From UHGV virus genome UHGV-1351982: 64,000 nt of DNA. One strand, 5' to 3'. A program made the translations under genes and the position numbers. Origin of the DNA: a virus. This document shows positions 9,003 to 18,117 of the stretch, piece by piece; position 1 is the first letter of the stretch; each line of letters begins with the position of its first letter. The notes beneath the pieces were generated by a model that saw only the letters and a list, made by a program, of their open reading frames with translations, was not told the origin of the DNA and made no database searches.

Positions 9003-10475
9003 ATGACCTTGTTTAACGTGCAAGCTGTAGTGTTGAAGATGCTTCTCGCTTCTGAACAGAAGCAAATAGCATTGGAAACATTCTCAAAACTGCATAAAGA
9101 TCATTTTAATGACGCTTTCTCCTCAATTTACCAAGCCGTCCAGAATTATTATAAGAAATATAACGCAATGCCGTCCATTGACGCACTGATGCTTGAGGCC
9201 AATAGGAACGCCCGCCTTTCTCAAGCTCTTGTCGTCTTAGCTAACACTCAAATTCCAGAAGTGAGCATGGAACAGGCGCTTGAAGTCCTAGAAGCCGAAT
9301 ATACACAGGATCTATTCCTGAAACTTCTAGAAACAGACGTGCTTCAAGATTTAACAATGCTGGATCAGGGAGAAATTCTCAACCGAGTTGCCTCCCTTCA
9401 CTTAAAATTAGAAGAGAAAGTAACGAATACTGGAAAGGTATTCAACGCAGACACAATGCGTATTTTCCAGAGAGAAGAAGATACCAAACTGAACTTGATC
9501 GCTCTTGGTATTTGTAATGAGTTCGACGCTCAAATTGGTTTAGCTCGCACAGAAACGTTACTGCTTGGTGGTTGGCGTGGTACTGGTAAATCCATTATCT
9601 GTTCAAACATACAGGTTCAGCAATATTTGAATGGAGACATTGCTCCATATTTCTCAATTGAGATGAAAGAGCACGAAGTGTTTAGACGTAATCTGGCTAT
9701 GTTAGCTGGAGTATCTGCATTAGCAATGCGTAATAACACTCTTGAAGGTGCTGCTCTGTTGAGATTAGCCAGAACTAGGGCTAGAATGTTTAATGGTGGT
9801 GAAGAGCTTTTCGATAACTTCGTTAAGCAATACACTATGGCTAAAATGAGTGACTTCTATGATATGGAAAGTAAACTCCTTGAAGGCTATGAGCTTCACA
9901 CTCCTATGATCATCGTTTACGATCCTGAACTGTCTATTACGACGGTTGACGTAGAATTAAATAAACTAGTTGCTAAATATGGTGATAAGGTTACTGTAGC
10001 TCTTCTAGACTATATTAACCAAACAAGACTTCCAGATTCAAAGACCATTGATATGTATGACTGGAAAGAACAGATGGTTGTTAGTTCATCTTTCAAATCT
10101 ATATGCCAGAAACATAACGTGGCTGGTGTTGCCCCTTACCAGATTGACCAAGATGGTAGAACGCGTATGTCTAAAGGGATTCTTGATTCCGCAGATATGG
10201 CTGCTAATCTTAACGCTGCAAAAGCTGATAATGGTCAAGGTGCTATTATGTTTGATTTCGTTAAGACTCGTTCCTCTGATAGTGTGAAGTTTATGCCTAA
10301 GATGAACTGGGAAACTCTACGAATGGATAACACTACCAACCTAGCAATGGAAGATATTGCGCAAATGGAAGCTGAGTTCGTTATTCCTATTGAAAAGGAT
10401 AAACCAGCTCAACCTAAACGTGCTAAGAAAGACAAAGCTGAAAATTCAACAGGTGAACAGGCCAGCGATATATGA
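9003..10475 (+). CDS. replicative DNA helicase (DnaB-like)
   Basis: Track ORF 8952-10475; ATG 9003 follows AAAGGAG and clears the upstream terminator hairpin; P-loop GGWRGTGKS; immediately precedes primase. Confidence 0.75.
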   Translation: MTLFNVQAVVLKMLLASEQKQIALETFSKLHKDHFNDAFSSIYQAVQNYYKKYNAMPSIDALMLEANRNARLSQALVVLANTQIPEVSMEQALEVLEAEYTQDLFLKLLETDVLQDLTMLDQGEILNRVASLHLKLEEKVTNTGKVFNADTMRIFQREEDTKLNLIALGICNEFDAQIGLARTETLLLGGWRGTGKSIICSNIQVQQYLNGDIAPYFSIEMKEHEVFRRNLAMLAGVSALAMRNNTLEGAALLRLARTRARMFNGGEELFDNFVKQYTMAKMSDFYDMESKLLEGYELHTPMIIVYDPELSITTVDVELNKLVAKYGDKVTVALLDYINQTRLPDSKTIDMYDWKEQMVVSSSFKSICQKHNVAGVAPYQIDQDGRTRMSKGILDSADMAANLNAAKADNGQGAIMFDFVKTRSSDSVKFMPKMNWETLRMDNTTNLAMEDIAQMEAEFVIPIEKDKPAQPKRAKKDKAENSTGEQASDI

Positions 10476-11362
10476 GTAGAATAACAGAACTACTTGATCT
10501 GAAAGGCATTGAATACAAAGACACAGGTGGGGACATCCTCATCTGTTGTCTCAATCCAGATCATGATGATAAACACCCAAGCTTGCGTATTGACCCTGAA
10601 TCAGGTATTATGCATTGCTTGAGCTGTGGCTTCGGTAGAGGAATACCGAGCATTTACCATTATTTTAATGAGACTCAGTACAGACAGTCACCAAGATTGT
10701 CACAAGTACGTAAAAAGATTTCAGAGATTAGGAATGGATCTACGAATCTTGCAATTCCTGAATCTGCTTACCTTTTCGAAGGTGATTTCCGAGGTATCAG
10801 TTCTAAGACCTTGAAGAAATATTTTGCTTTCCAACATCAAGCAGACTGGGAAGGCAGAATTGTATTCCCAATAACAGATGCTGTTGGACGCAATATCCTA
10901 TTCCTGGGACGTTCTATAAACAGTTCTGCCCCTCCTAAATACTTAGTAAAACCAAAACAAGTTTCACCACCAATTTTCCCTGTACGATATAATACACCAG
11001 TTCTTGTTCTAGTTGAAGGTATCTTTGATATGTTAAATCTAGAAGATAACGGTGTGGATTATGCTTCTTGCTGCTTTGGTACACATCAGTTTACATCTGA
11101 TAACATTGCCGATAAGTTCAGTCCTTACATTATTGCTGGAGTAAGAGTAGTAGTTATCCTATTAGATAATGATGCCTCTGGTAATAAAGCCGCACAAGCA
11201 CTAGCGAAGCTAATTCGTACAAAAACGCGTTTAACACCTGTAGTTGGTAACTTCCTTCTTCCAGAAGGCAAAGACCCAGGTGATTTAAATAAAGAAGAGA
11301 TCGATATGTTGGCTCAACGTATTGAAATTTTAGTTGCCGAATCGCTCAAAGATTTGGTATAA
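10472..11362 (+). CDS. DNA primase (DnaG-like: zinc finger + TOPRIM)
   Basis: 296 aa; zinc-binding CLNPDHDDKHPS...CLSCG; TOPRIM-like VLVEGIFDMLNL ... LLDNDASG; start overlaps helicase stop. Confidence 0.75.
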   Translation: MSRITELLDLKGIEYKDTGGDILICCLNPDHDDKHPSLRIDPESGIMHCLSCGFGRGIPSIYHYFNETQYRQSPRLSQVRKKISEIRNGSTNLAIPESAYLFEGDFRGISSKTLKKYFAFQHQADWEGRIVFPITDAVGRNILFLGRSINSSAPPKYLVKPKQVSPPIFPVRYNTPVLVLVEGIFDMLNLEDNGVDYASCCFGTHQFTSDNIADKFSPYIIAGVRVVVILLDNDASGNKAAQALAKLIRTKTRLTPVVGNFLLPEGKDPGDLNKEEIDMLAQRIEILVAESLKDLV

Positions 11363-11424
11363 TATATTGGTAAGTTAGAGAAGAAACACTGAAGTTATAC
11401 TTACTTACCAAAAGGAGACTAAAT

Positions 11425-13992
11425 TTGAAAATTGCAGTAGTTGATAAAGCTCTAAATAACACTCGTTATGATAAACACTTCCAGCTTTATGGTGAGGAAG
11501 TTGATGTATTCCATATGTGTAACGAGAAGTTATCTGGTCGTTTGCTGAAAAAGCATATTACAATCGGAACTCCAGATAACCCGTTCGATCCGAACGATTA
11601 CGATTTTGTTGTACTAGTTGGTGCTGAACCTTTCCTGTATTTCGCAGGTAAGAAAGGTATCGGTGATTATACTGGTAAACGTGTGGAGCATGGCGGCTAT
11701 GCCAACTGGATTGCAAGTATTAGTCCAGCTCAGCTACACTTTAAACCTGAAATGAAACCAGTTTTCGATGCAACTGTAGAAAGTATTCATGACATTATTA
11801 ATGGTCGTGAGAAGATTGCAAAAGCTGGTGATTATCGTCCTATTACTGATCCAGACGAAGCTGAAGAATACATTAAGATGGTGTATAACATGGTTATCGG
11901 ACCTGTCGCATTCGACTCCGAAACCTCAGCTTTGTACGCTCGTGATGGTTATCTGCTTGGTGTTTCTATGTCTCACCAAGAGTATCAGGGTGTTTATATT
12001 GACTCTGACAGCATCACCGAAGTAGCTGTACATTATCTCCAGAAAATTCTGGATAGCAAGAATCATCAGATCGTTTTTCATAACTTGAAGTTCGATATGC
12101 ACTTTTATTCCTATCATTTAGGACTTTCCTTTGAGAAAGCACATAAAGAGCGTAGACTTCATGATACCATGTTACAACACTATGTTCTCGATGAACGTCG
12201 TGGTACTCACGGCTTGAAATCTCTGGCTATGAAGTATACTGACATGGGCGATTACGACTTTGAACTGGATAAGTTCAAGGATGATTATTGCAAAGCACAT
12301 AAAATCAAGAAAGAAGATTTCAGCTATGATCTGATTCCATTTGATATTATGTGGCCTTATGCTGCAAAAGATACCGATGCTACTCTGCGTCTGCATAACT
12401 TCTTCTTACCGAAAATTGAGAAGAATGAAAAACTTCGCAGTCTATACTATGATGTTCTGATGCCTGGTTGCGTATTCCTGCAACGTGTTGAAGATCGTGG
12501 TGTACCAATTTCTGTTGATCGCTTGAAAGAAGCTCAGTATCAGTTAACTCACAACCTGAACAAGGCTCGTGAAAAGCTGTATACTTATCCAGAAGTCGTT
12601 CAGCTAGAGAAAGATCAGAACAAAGCATTTAACCCGAACTCTGTTAAGCAACTTCGTGTTCTTCTGTTTGATTATGTTGGTCTGACTCCAACTGGTAAAC
12701 TGACAGATACAGGTGCAGATTCTACAAACGCAGAAGCTCTGAATGAATTGGCTACTCAGCACCCGATTGCGAAAACTCTGCTAGAGATTCGTAAGCTGAC
12801 TAAGCTGATCTCTACTTATGTTGAGAAGATTCTTCTGAGCATCGATGCAGATGGTTGCATTCGTACCGGTTTCCACGAACACATGACTACTTCTGGTCGT
12901 CTGAGTTCTTCTGGTAAGCTAAACCTGCAACAGTTACCGCGTGATGAATCTATTATCAAGGGTTGTGTAGTAGCTCCCCCTGGATATCGTGTAATCGCAT
13001 GGGACTTAACAACTGCGGAAGTTTATTACGCTGCTGTACTGTCTGGTGACAGAAACATGCAACAAGTATTTATCAACATGAAGAATGAGCCTGATAAATA
13101 CCCTGACTTCCACTCAAACATCGCACACATGGTATTTAAACTGACCTGTGAACCACGTGATGTTAAGAAGCTGTTCCCAGCTCTGCGTCAGGCTGCTAAG
13201 GCAATTACCTTCGGTATTCTGTATGGTTCTGGCCCAGCTAAAGTAGCTCATTCTGTTAACGAAGCTCTTCTGGAACAGGCTGCTAAGACAGGCGAACCGT
13301 TTGTTGAATGTACCGTTGCAGATGCGAAGGACTATATCGAAACTTACTTCGGTCAGTTCCCTCAGCTTAAGCGTTGGATTGATAAGTGCCACGATCAGAT
13401 CAAGAACTTTGGATTCATCTATAGTCACTTTGGTCGTAAGCGTCGTCTGCACAACATCCATTCCGAAGATCGTGGTGTTCAGGGTGAAGAAATCCGTTCT
13501 GGATTTAACGCAATCATTCAGTCTGCATCTTCTGATAGCCTGCTGTTAGGTGCTATTGATGCTGATGAAGAAATCCTATCCCTGGGTCTAGGAAAAGAGA
13601 TGAAGATCGTCATGTTGGTTCACGACTCCGTGGTTGCTATTGTACGTGAAGATCTGATTGATCAATATAACGAGATTCTGATTCGTAACATCCAGAAGGA
13701 TCGTGGTATTAGTATCCCTGGTTGCCCAATCGGTATTGATTCTGATTCTGAGAAAGGTGGTTCTCGTGACTACTCTTGTGGTAAGATGAAGAAACAGCAC
13801 CCATCAATCGCTTGTATTGATGATGATGAGTATACTCGTTATGTTAAGGGTGTATTACTCGATGCAGATTTCGAGTATAAGAAGTTAGCTGCAATGGATA
13901 AAGAGCATCCAGACCACAGCAAGTACAAGGATGATAAGTTTATTGCTGTATGTAAAGATCTGGATAATGTGAAAAGGATTTTAGGTGCTTGA
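11425..13992 (+). CDS. DNA polymerase, family A, T5-type (3'-5' exonuclease plus polymerase domains)
   Basis: 855 aa, the size recalled for T5 DNA polymerase; exonuclease motif AFDSETSAL; strong AAAGGAG RBS before TTG start. Confidence 0.9.
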   Translation: MKIAVVDKALNNTRYDKHFQLYGEEVDVFHMCNEKLSGRLLKKHITIGTPDNPFDPNDYDFVVLVGAEPFLYFAGKKGIGDYTGKRVEHGGYANWIASISPAQLHFKPEMKPVFDATVESIHDIINGREKIAKAGDYRPITDPDEAEEYIKMVYNMVIGPVAFDSETSALYARDGYLLGVSMSHQEYQGVYIDSDSITEVAVHYLQKILDSKNHQIVFHNLKFDMHFYSYHLGLSFEKAHKERRLHDTMLQHYVLDERRGTHGLKSLAMKYTDMGDYDFELDKFKDDYCKAHKIKKEDFSYDLIPFDIMWPYAAKDTDATLRLHNFFLPKIEKNEKLRSLYYDVLMPGCVFLQRVEDRGVPISVDRLKEAQYQLTHNLNKAREKLYTYPEVVQLEKDQNKAFNPNSVKQLRVLLFDYVGLTPTGKLTDTGADSTNAEALNELATQHPIAKTLLEIRKLTKLISTYVEKILLSIDADGCIRTGFHEHMTTSGRLSSSGKLNLQQLPRDESIIKGCVVAPPGYRVIAWDLTTAEVYYAAVLSGDRNMQQVFINMKNEPDKYPDFHSNIAHMVFKLTCEPRDVKKLFPALRQAAKAITFGILYGSGPAKVAHSVNEALLEQAAKTGEPFVECTVADAKDYIETYFGQFPQLKRWIDKCHDQIKNFGFIYSHFGRKRRLHNIHSEDRGVQGEEIRSGFNAIIQSASSDSLLLGAIDADEEILSLGLGKEMKIVMLVHDSVVAIVREDLIDQYNEILIRNIQKDRGISIPGCPIGIDSDSEKGGSRDYSCGKMKKQHPSIACIDDDEYTRYVKGVLLDADFEYKKLAAMDKEHPDHSKYKDDKFIAVCKDLDNVKRILGA

Positions 13993-14482
13993 TTTCAAAT
14001 TGCCCGTATATGCTTTACGGGCGTTTGTATCAATTGAGCAGGAAGGTGATTATTCCGTAATTACAACAAGATATAATAAATATGTGCTGGATAACAGGGA
14101 GTTGCCTGGCACATTCTCTCAACGTAGGTTAGCCTTATTTGAGAAGCGGAAAGAATTACCTTATAAGCTCTATCCTATTCGTGGTAGAATATCAATGTTG
14201 TCCCAATTAGTTGGGTCAAAGCGTAGCCAGTTCATAGATTCTGATGGAAATCTCATTAACTGGAAGAAAACTACGTTCTATGATGTTATCACGTCTAAAG
14301 TTCTGCATTCTGCAAGAATTTATAATGGAAAGTATCAATGCTATGTGGCTAAAGTCCCATATCCATTCGTGCTATCCTATGTTCCAGCTTATATAAGCTA
14401 TATTCTGGTAAATAATAGCCCTGTTATTTATCAAGTCCATCAAGAGGAGCCTGAAATTCCTAGACTTAGAATAAAATTATGA
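13985..14482 (+). CDS. hypothetical protein
   Basis: 165 aa ORF with GTG start overlapping the polymerase stop; no recognisable motif. Confidence 0.4.
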   Translation: MLDFKLPVYALRAFVSIEQEGDYSVITTRYNKYVLDNRELPGTFSQRRLALFEKRKELPYKLYPIRGRISMLSQLVGSKRSQFIDSDGNLINWKKTTFYDVITSKVLHSARIYNGKYQCYVAKVPYPFVLSYVPAYISYILVNNSPVIYQVHQEEPEIPRLRIKL

Positions 14483-15831
14483 AGGTTGTTATATCTAATA
14501 AAGCCTATTTCAAGCCCGATGATGAACTCTGGGATTATTGTAGTAAGCAAACCACTTATCACATCGAGACAATGACTAGTAAATACCCTATTATGTATAA
14601 GAATAGTGGTGTTGTTGCTAAAGAGATTAAGTGGATTCCCCTTACGCGCCTGGATTTACTAGATGCTAAGGGAGTAAAATACGAATTAGTTGATAAACGC
14701 ACATTAGCTCCGGTAGAAATACCAGAACCTCAGTTCAAGCTACGTGAAGAAGATCAGCTTCCTATATATGAAGAGTGCGATGATACCTGTATTATTAATG
14801 GTAAGCCTGGATTTGGTAAAACTATCCTAGCTCTAGCTCTTGCATATAAGTTTGGCCAGAAAACTCTGGTAATCTGCACTAACACATCCATTCGTGAAAT
14901 GTGGGCTGCAGAAGTTCGTAAATGGTTTGGATTCGAGCCGGGTATTATAGGTTCTGGAAAGTATAACATTGATCCACCAATCGTGGTCAGTAATATACAA
15001 ACAGTGAACAAACATGCGAATAATCTTTCTAAGGTATTCGGTACTGTTATAGTTGATGAAGTTCACCACTGTGTAGCTACAACTTTCACTAATTTCCTAG
15101 AGATCTCATGTGCTCGCTACAAGATCGGTCTATCAGGTACATTAAAACGTAAAGATGGGCTACAAGTTATATTCAAAGATTTCTTTGGATATAAGATCTT
15201 TAGTCCCCCTGTTAATAACACTGTTCCACCCACAATCCATAGGTACTCCGTACCTGTCGAGTTATCAGGAAACCAGAACGTACCATGGGCACTACGTGCT
15301 AATGATGTATATAATCATCCTGAATATCGGGAAACTATTATAAACCTAGCACATTTATATGTGTCTATGGGGCATAAGGTTCTCTTTGTAAGTGATAGGA
15401 CGGAACTAATCCAAACAATATTAGAAGCTCTCGCACAACGTGGTGTTACAACCTATGAGATTATAGGTGCAACTCCTTTGGATGACCGATTGAGAATCCA
15501 GAAAGATGTAGCGGAGGGCGGACCCTGTGTGCTTGCAGCAGCTCAGAGTATCTTCTCAGAAGGTATTTCTCTTAACGAGCTGTCTTGTTTAATAATGGGA
15601 AGTCTCATTAATAATGAATCTCTCATAGAACAGTTAGCAGGCCGCGTTCAACGTATTGTTGACGGAAAGCTAGATCCGATTGTTGTAGATTTAATTATGA
15701 AAGGAGGTACTGGTTTAAGACAGGCTTCTGGACGTATGGCCGTGTATCGCAATAATGCATGGAAAACTATTACTATGACTCCGGAGAAAGCAGTACAATT
15801 AGCTAAAATTGCATTTGGCAACTGCTCATAA
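14479..15831 (+). CDS. D10: SF2 DNA helicase (T5 D10-like)
   Basis: 450 aa; Walker A GKPGFGKT, DEVH box (VIVDEVHH); position after polymerase. Confidence 0.8.
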   Translation: MKVVISNKAYFKPDDELWDYCSKQTTYHIETMTSKYPIMYKNSGVVAKEIKWIPLTRLDLLDAKGVKYELVDKRTLAPVEIPEPQFKLREEDQLPIYEECDDTCIINGKPGFGKTILALALAYKFGQKTLVICTNTSIREMWAAEVRKWFGFEPGIIGSGKYNIDPPIVVSNIQTVNKHANNLSKVFGTVIVDEVHHCVATTFTNFLEISCARYKIGLSGTLKRKDGLQVIFKDFFGYKIFSPPVNNTVPPTIHRYSVPVELSGNQNVPWALRANDVYNHPEYRETIINLAHLYVSMGHKVLFVSDRTELIQTILEALAQRGVTTYEIIGATPLDDRLRIQKDVAEGGPCVLAAAQSIFSEGISLNELSCLIMGSLINNESLIEQLAGRVQRIVDGKLDPIVVDLIMKGGTGLRQASGRMAVYRNNAWKTITMTPEKAVQLAKIAFGNCS

Positions 15832-15844
15832 TTATTGTATAATA
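15814..15844 (+). promoter_or_regulatory. sigma70-type early promoter (TTGGCA -35, TGTATAAT -10), first of a tandem pair
   Basis: Conserved downstream box ATACACATAAATTTGAGAGAG, followed by a hairpin at ~15862-15895. Confidence 0.6.
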
Positions 15845-15913
15845 TACACATAAATTTGAGAGAGAAAGTTTCGGATTGATAAGAAAGTCCGAAGCAGAAA
15901 AATAAAAATTGTA

Positions 15914-15945
15914 CTTGTCAAATCCTCCCGATTTAATGTATAATA
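15914..15945 (+). promoter_or_regulatory. sigma70-type early promoter (TTGTCA -35, TGTATAAT -10), second of the tandem pair
   Basis: 18-bp spacer; conserved downstream box ATATACATAAATTGATGAGAGA; drives gene at 15972. Confidence 0.7.
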
Positions 15946-15971
15946 TATACATAAATTGATGAGAGACAAAA

Positions 15972-16334
15972 ATGAAATTCTTTGATTACGAGAGAATTTA
16001 CCTCTTAGCTAGAGGAAACTCCGACCTGATTGTCAAGCTATTTAATAGAATGCTTGCAGAGCCTGATGCTCACCAGTTACTGGTCGGTTCTTCATTCATC
16101 TTGAATGAATCAACTATTGTTGATAACCCTTACAAATTGTCTAATAGACAACTGGCAGAATATCTAGGAATTCTAAGTCTACGAAATTATGCCGAATATA
16201 AGTTTACAAACGATCCGAGTTTGGACATGCAATATGTTCCCATATGGATACCACGTTCTGTAATCGACACTAACCCACTAATTGCAATCAATAAATCGAA
16301 GATAATCTTTAAAGAGGAAATAAAATATGGCTAA
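15972..16334 (+). CDS. hypothetical protein
   Basis: 120 aa ORF downstream of tandem conserved promoters. Confidence 0.55.
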   Translation: MKFFDYERIYLLARGNSDLIVKLFNRMLAEPDAHQLLVGSSFILNESTIVDNPYKLSNRQLAEYLGILSLRNYAEYKFTNDPSLDMQYVPIWIPRSVIDTNPLIAINKSKIIFKEEIKYG

Positions 16335-17100
16335 GTCTTGGGGCGAAACTACTGGCGGTTCTAACGATAAAATCGACTTCCTGAAATTCAACAACGGTGT
16401 AACTCGTGTTCGTATCGTTTCTGGTGTTCTTCCACGTTATGTCTACTGGCTGACTAACAAAGATGGTAATGCAGCTCCGTTTGAGTGCCTGCGTTTCAAC
16501 CGTACTAAAGAGAGCTTCGTTCGCGGTAAAGCTGACCCGATTCACGAAATGGGCTTCTTCGAGAAAGAGCTGGACAAAGATGGTAATCGTGTTCCGCTGA
16601 AACCGAAGAAAAACTACATCGCTTTCGTTATCGACCGTTCTGATAACAAACTGAAAGTTATGGAAGTTAAAGCTACTATCCTGAAAGGCATCCAGTCTAT
16701 CATGAAGCAGCTGAAACTGTCCGACCCGTTCGATATCGATATTTCTATCGAGAAGAAAGGTAAAGGCTTCGATACTGAGTACGATGTACAGCAGATCGCA
16801 GCAATGCAGTTCCAGATGGCTCTGAAAGATCCTACTAGCGCAGAAGCTAAACTGCACGCCGCAGATGCCGATATTCTCGGTGAAGCTATGTGTGATGATA
16901 CTGGTGAGTTCATCAAGTTTGAAAAAGTTCCTTCTCTGGAAGAAACCTACCCGGTTCCGTCCTACGAAGAGCAGAAAGAAGCTATTCTCGCCTTCATGGA
17001 AGGTCGTGAGAAGCAAGACGGCGGTGACGCTAAGTCTGGTGGTGATGCTGGTTCTCAGAAAGGCATCGACGCTGAAGCTGCTAGCGATCTGGACGACTAA
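16327..17100 (+). CDS. hypothetical abundant protein with acidic C-terminal tail (possible ssDNA-binding protein)
   Basis: 257 aa; AGAGGAAA RBS; host-optimal codon usage; acidic C-terminus (EAASDLDD) as in many SSBs; followed by intrinsic terminator. Function is inference. Confidence 0.55.
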   Translation: MAKSWGETTGGSNDKIDFLKFNNGVTRVRIVSGVLPRYVYWLTNKDGNAAPFECLRFNRTKESFVRGKADPIHEMGFFEKELDKDGNRVPLKPKKNYIAFVIDRSDNKLKVMEVKATILKGIQSIMKQLKLSDPFDIDISIEKKGKGFDTEYDVQQIAAMQFQMALKDPTSAEAKLHAADADILGEAMCDDTGEFIKFEKVPSLEETYPVPSYEEQKEAILAFMEGREKQDGGDAKSGGDAGSQKGIDAEAASDLDD

Positions 17101-17108
17101 TAAACCAA

Positions 17109-17134
17109 GGGGAGCTACGGCTCCCTTTCTTTTT
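17109..17134 (+). terminator. intrinsic terminator
   Basis: Hairpin GGGAGC-TACG-GCTCCC followed by TTTCTTTTT. Confidence 0.7.
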
Positions 17135-17139
17135 AACTT

Positions 17140-18117
17140 ATGAGAATACTATTTAGTGCTGATCATCATATCAAATTAGGACAAGATAAAGTTCCAAAGG
17201 AATGGCAGAAGCGTCGCTTCCTGATGCTAGGAGAACGGTTAAATGACATATTCCATAATCATAACTGTGATCTGCATATTGCTGGTGGTGATATTCTTGA
17301 TGTTGCCGACCCATCGTCGGAAGAAATAGAACTTCTTGAACAGTTCATGTCAAGACTTGACCATTCAGGCAAGATCTTCACTGGGAACCATGAAATGTTA
17401 ACTAAAACTATTTCATGTCTGTATCATTATGCAGGAGTTATTAATAAAGTAACAAACGGAAATTGGGAAGTCATTACTAAACCATATCGTTCTCCTGAAT
17501 TTGATATTATCCCTTATGATGAAATCCACAAACCAAAGTGGAAACCATCTGAATCAAAACTATGTTTCACGCATGTTCGTGGTGAAATCCCTCCACATGT
17601 AAAACCAGAGATTGATCTAACGAGGTATAACTGTTATGACACTGTAATTGCTGGCGATTTACATTCTTATACTAATAGTCAAACTGTTGGTTCTACTAGA
17701 CTTCTTTATCCAGGATCTCCATTAACTACATCGTTCCATAGAGAAAGAACAAAAGGTACAAATGGTTGTTTTATCATTGATACCGACACATTAAAAGTAG
17801 AATGGATTGAACTTGGTGACTTACCACAACTGATTCGTAAAACAATCGGAGTTGGTGAGGAAATGGAGCCTAGTGACTATGACCGTGTAATTTATGAAGT
17901 CACTGGTGACGTCGTTCAGTTAAAGTCTATTAAAGATTCCGATCTCTTAGATAAAAAGATTAACCATCGAGTTACTAAAGATGCTAAGTTAAATCTTGTT
18001 GATCTTGATATGTTAGGCGAGCTTGAGCTTTACTTCCGTGAAGTTGAAAAGCTGTCTCAAGACGACATTGATAGAATCTTGGCTAGAGCTGCTAAATATG
18101 TCAAAGATTATAATTAA
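17140..18117 (+). CDS. D12: SbcD/Mre11-like nuclease (T5 D12-like)
   Basis: 325 aa; calcineurin-type phosphoesterase motifs (SADHH, GGDILD, GNHE); followed by SbcC-like gene. Confidence 0.8.
   Translation: MRILFSADHHIKLGQDKVPKEWQKRRFLMLGERLNDIFHNHNCDLHIAGGDILDVADPSSEEIELLEQFMSRLDHSGKIFTGNHEMLTKTISCLYHYAGVINKVTNGNWEVITKPYRSPEFDIIPYDEIHKPKWKPSESKLCFTHVRGEIPPHVKPEIDLTRYNCYDTVIAGDLHSYTNSQTVGSTRLLYPGSPLTTSFHRERTKGTNGCFIIDTDTLKVEWIELGDLPQLIRKTIGVGEEMEPSDYDRVIYEVTGDVVQLKSIKDSDLLDKKINHRVTKDAKLNLVDLDMLGELELYFREVEKLSQDDIDRILARAAKYVKDYN

Noticed and set aside
16309-17016. Antisense ORFs overlapping 16327-17100, and similar shadow ORFs at 8126-8635, 18586-18978 and 19060-19638
   Set aside because: All are antisense to well-supported genes with strong codon bias and have low-complexity translations; classic shadow ORFs.
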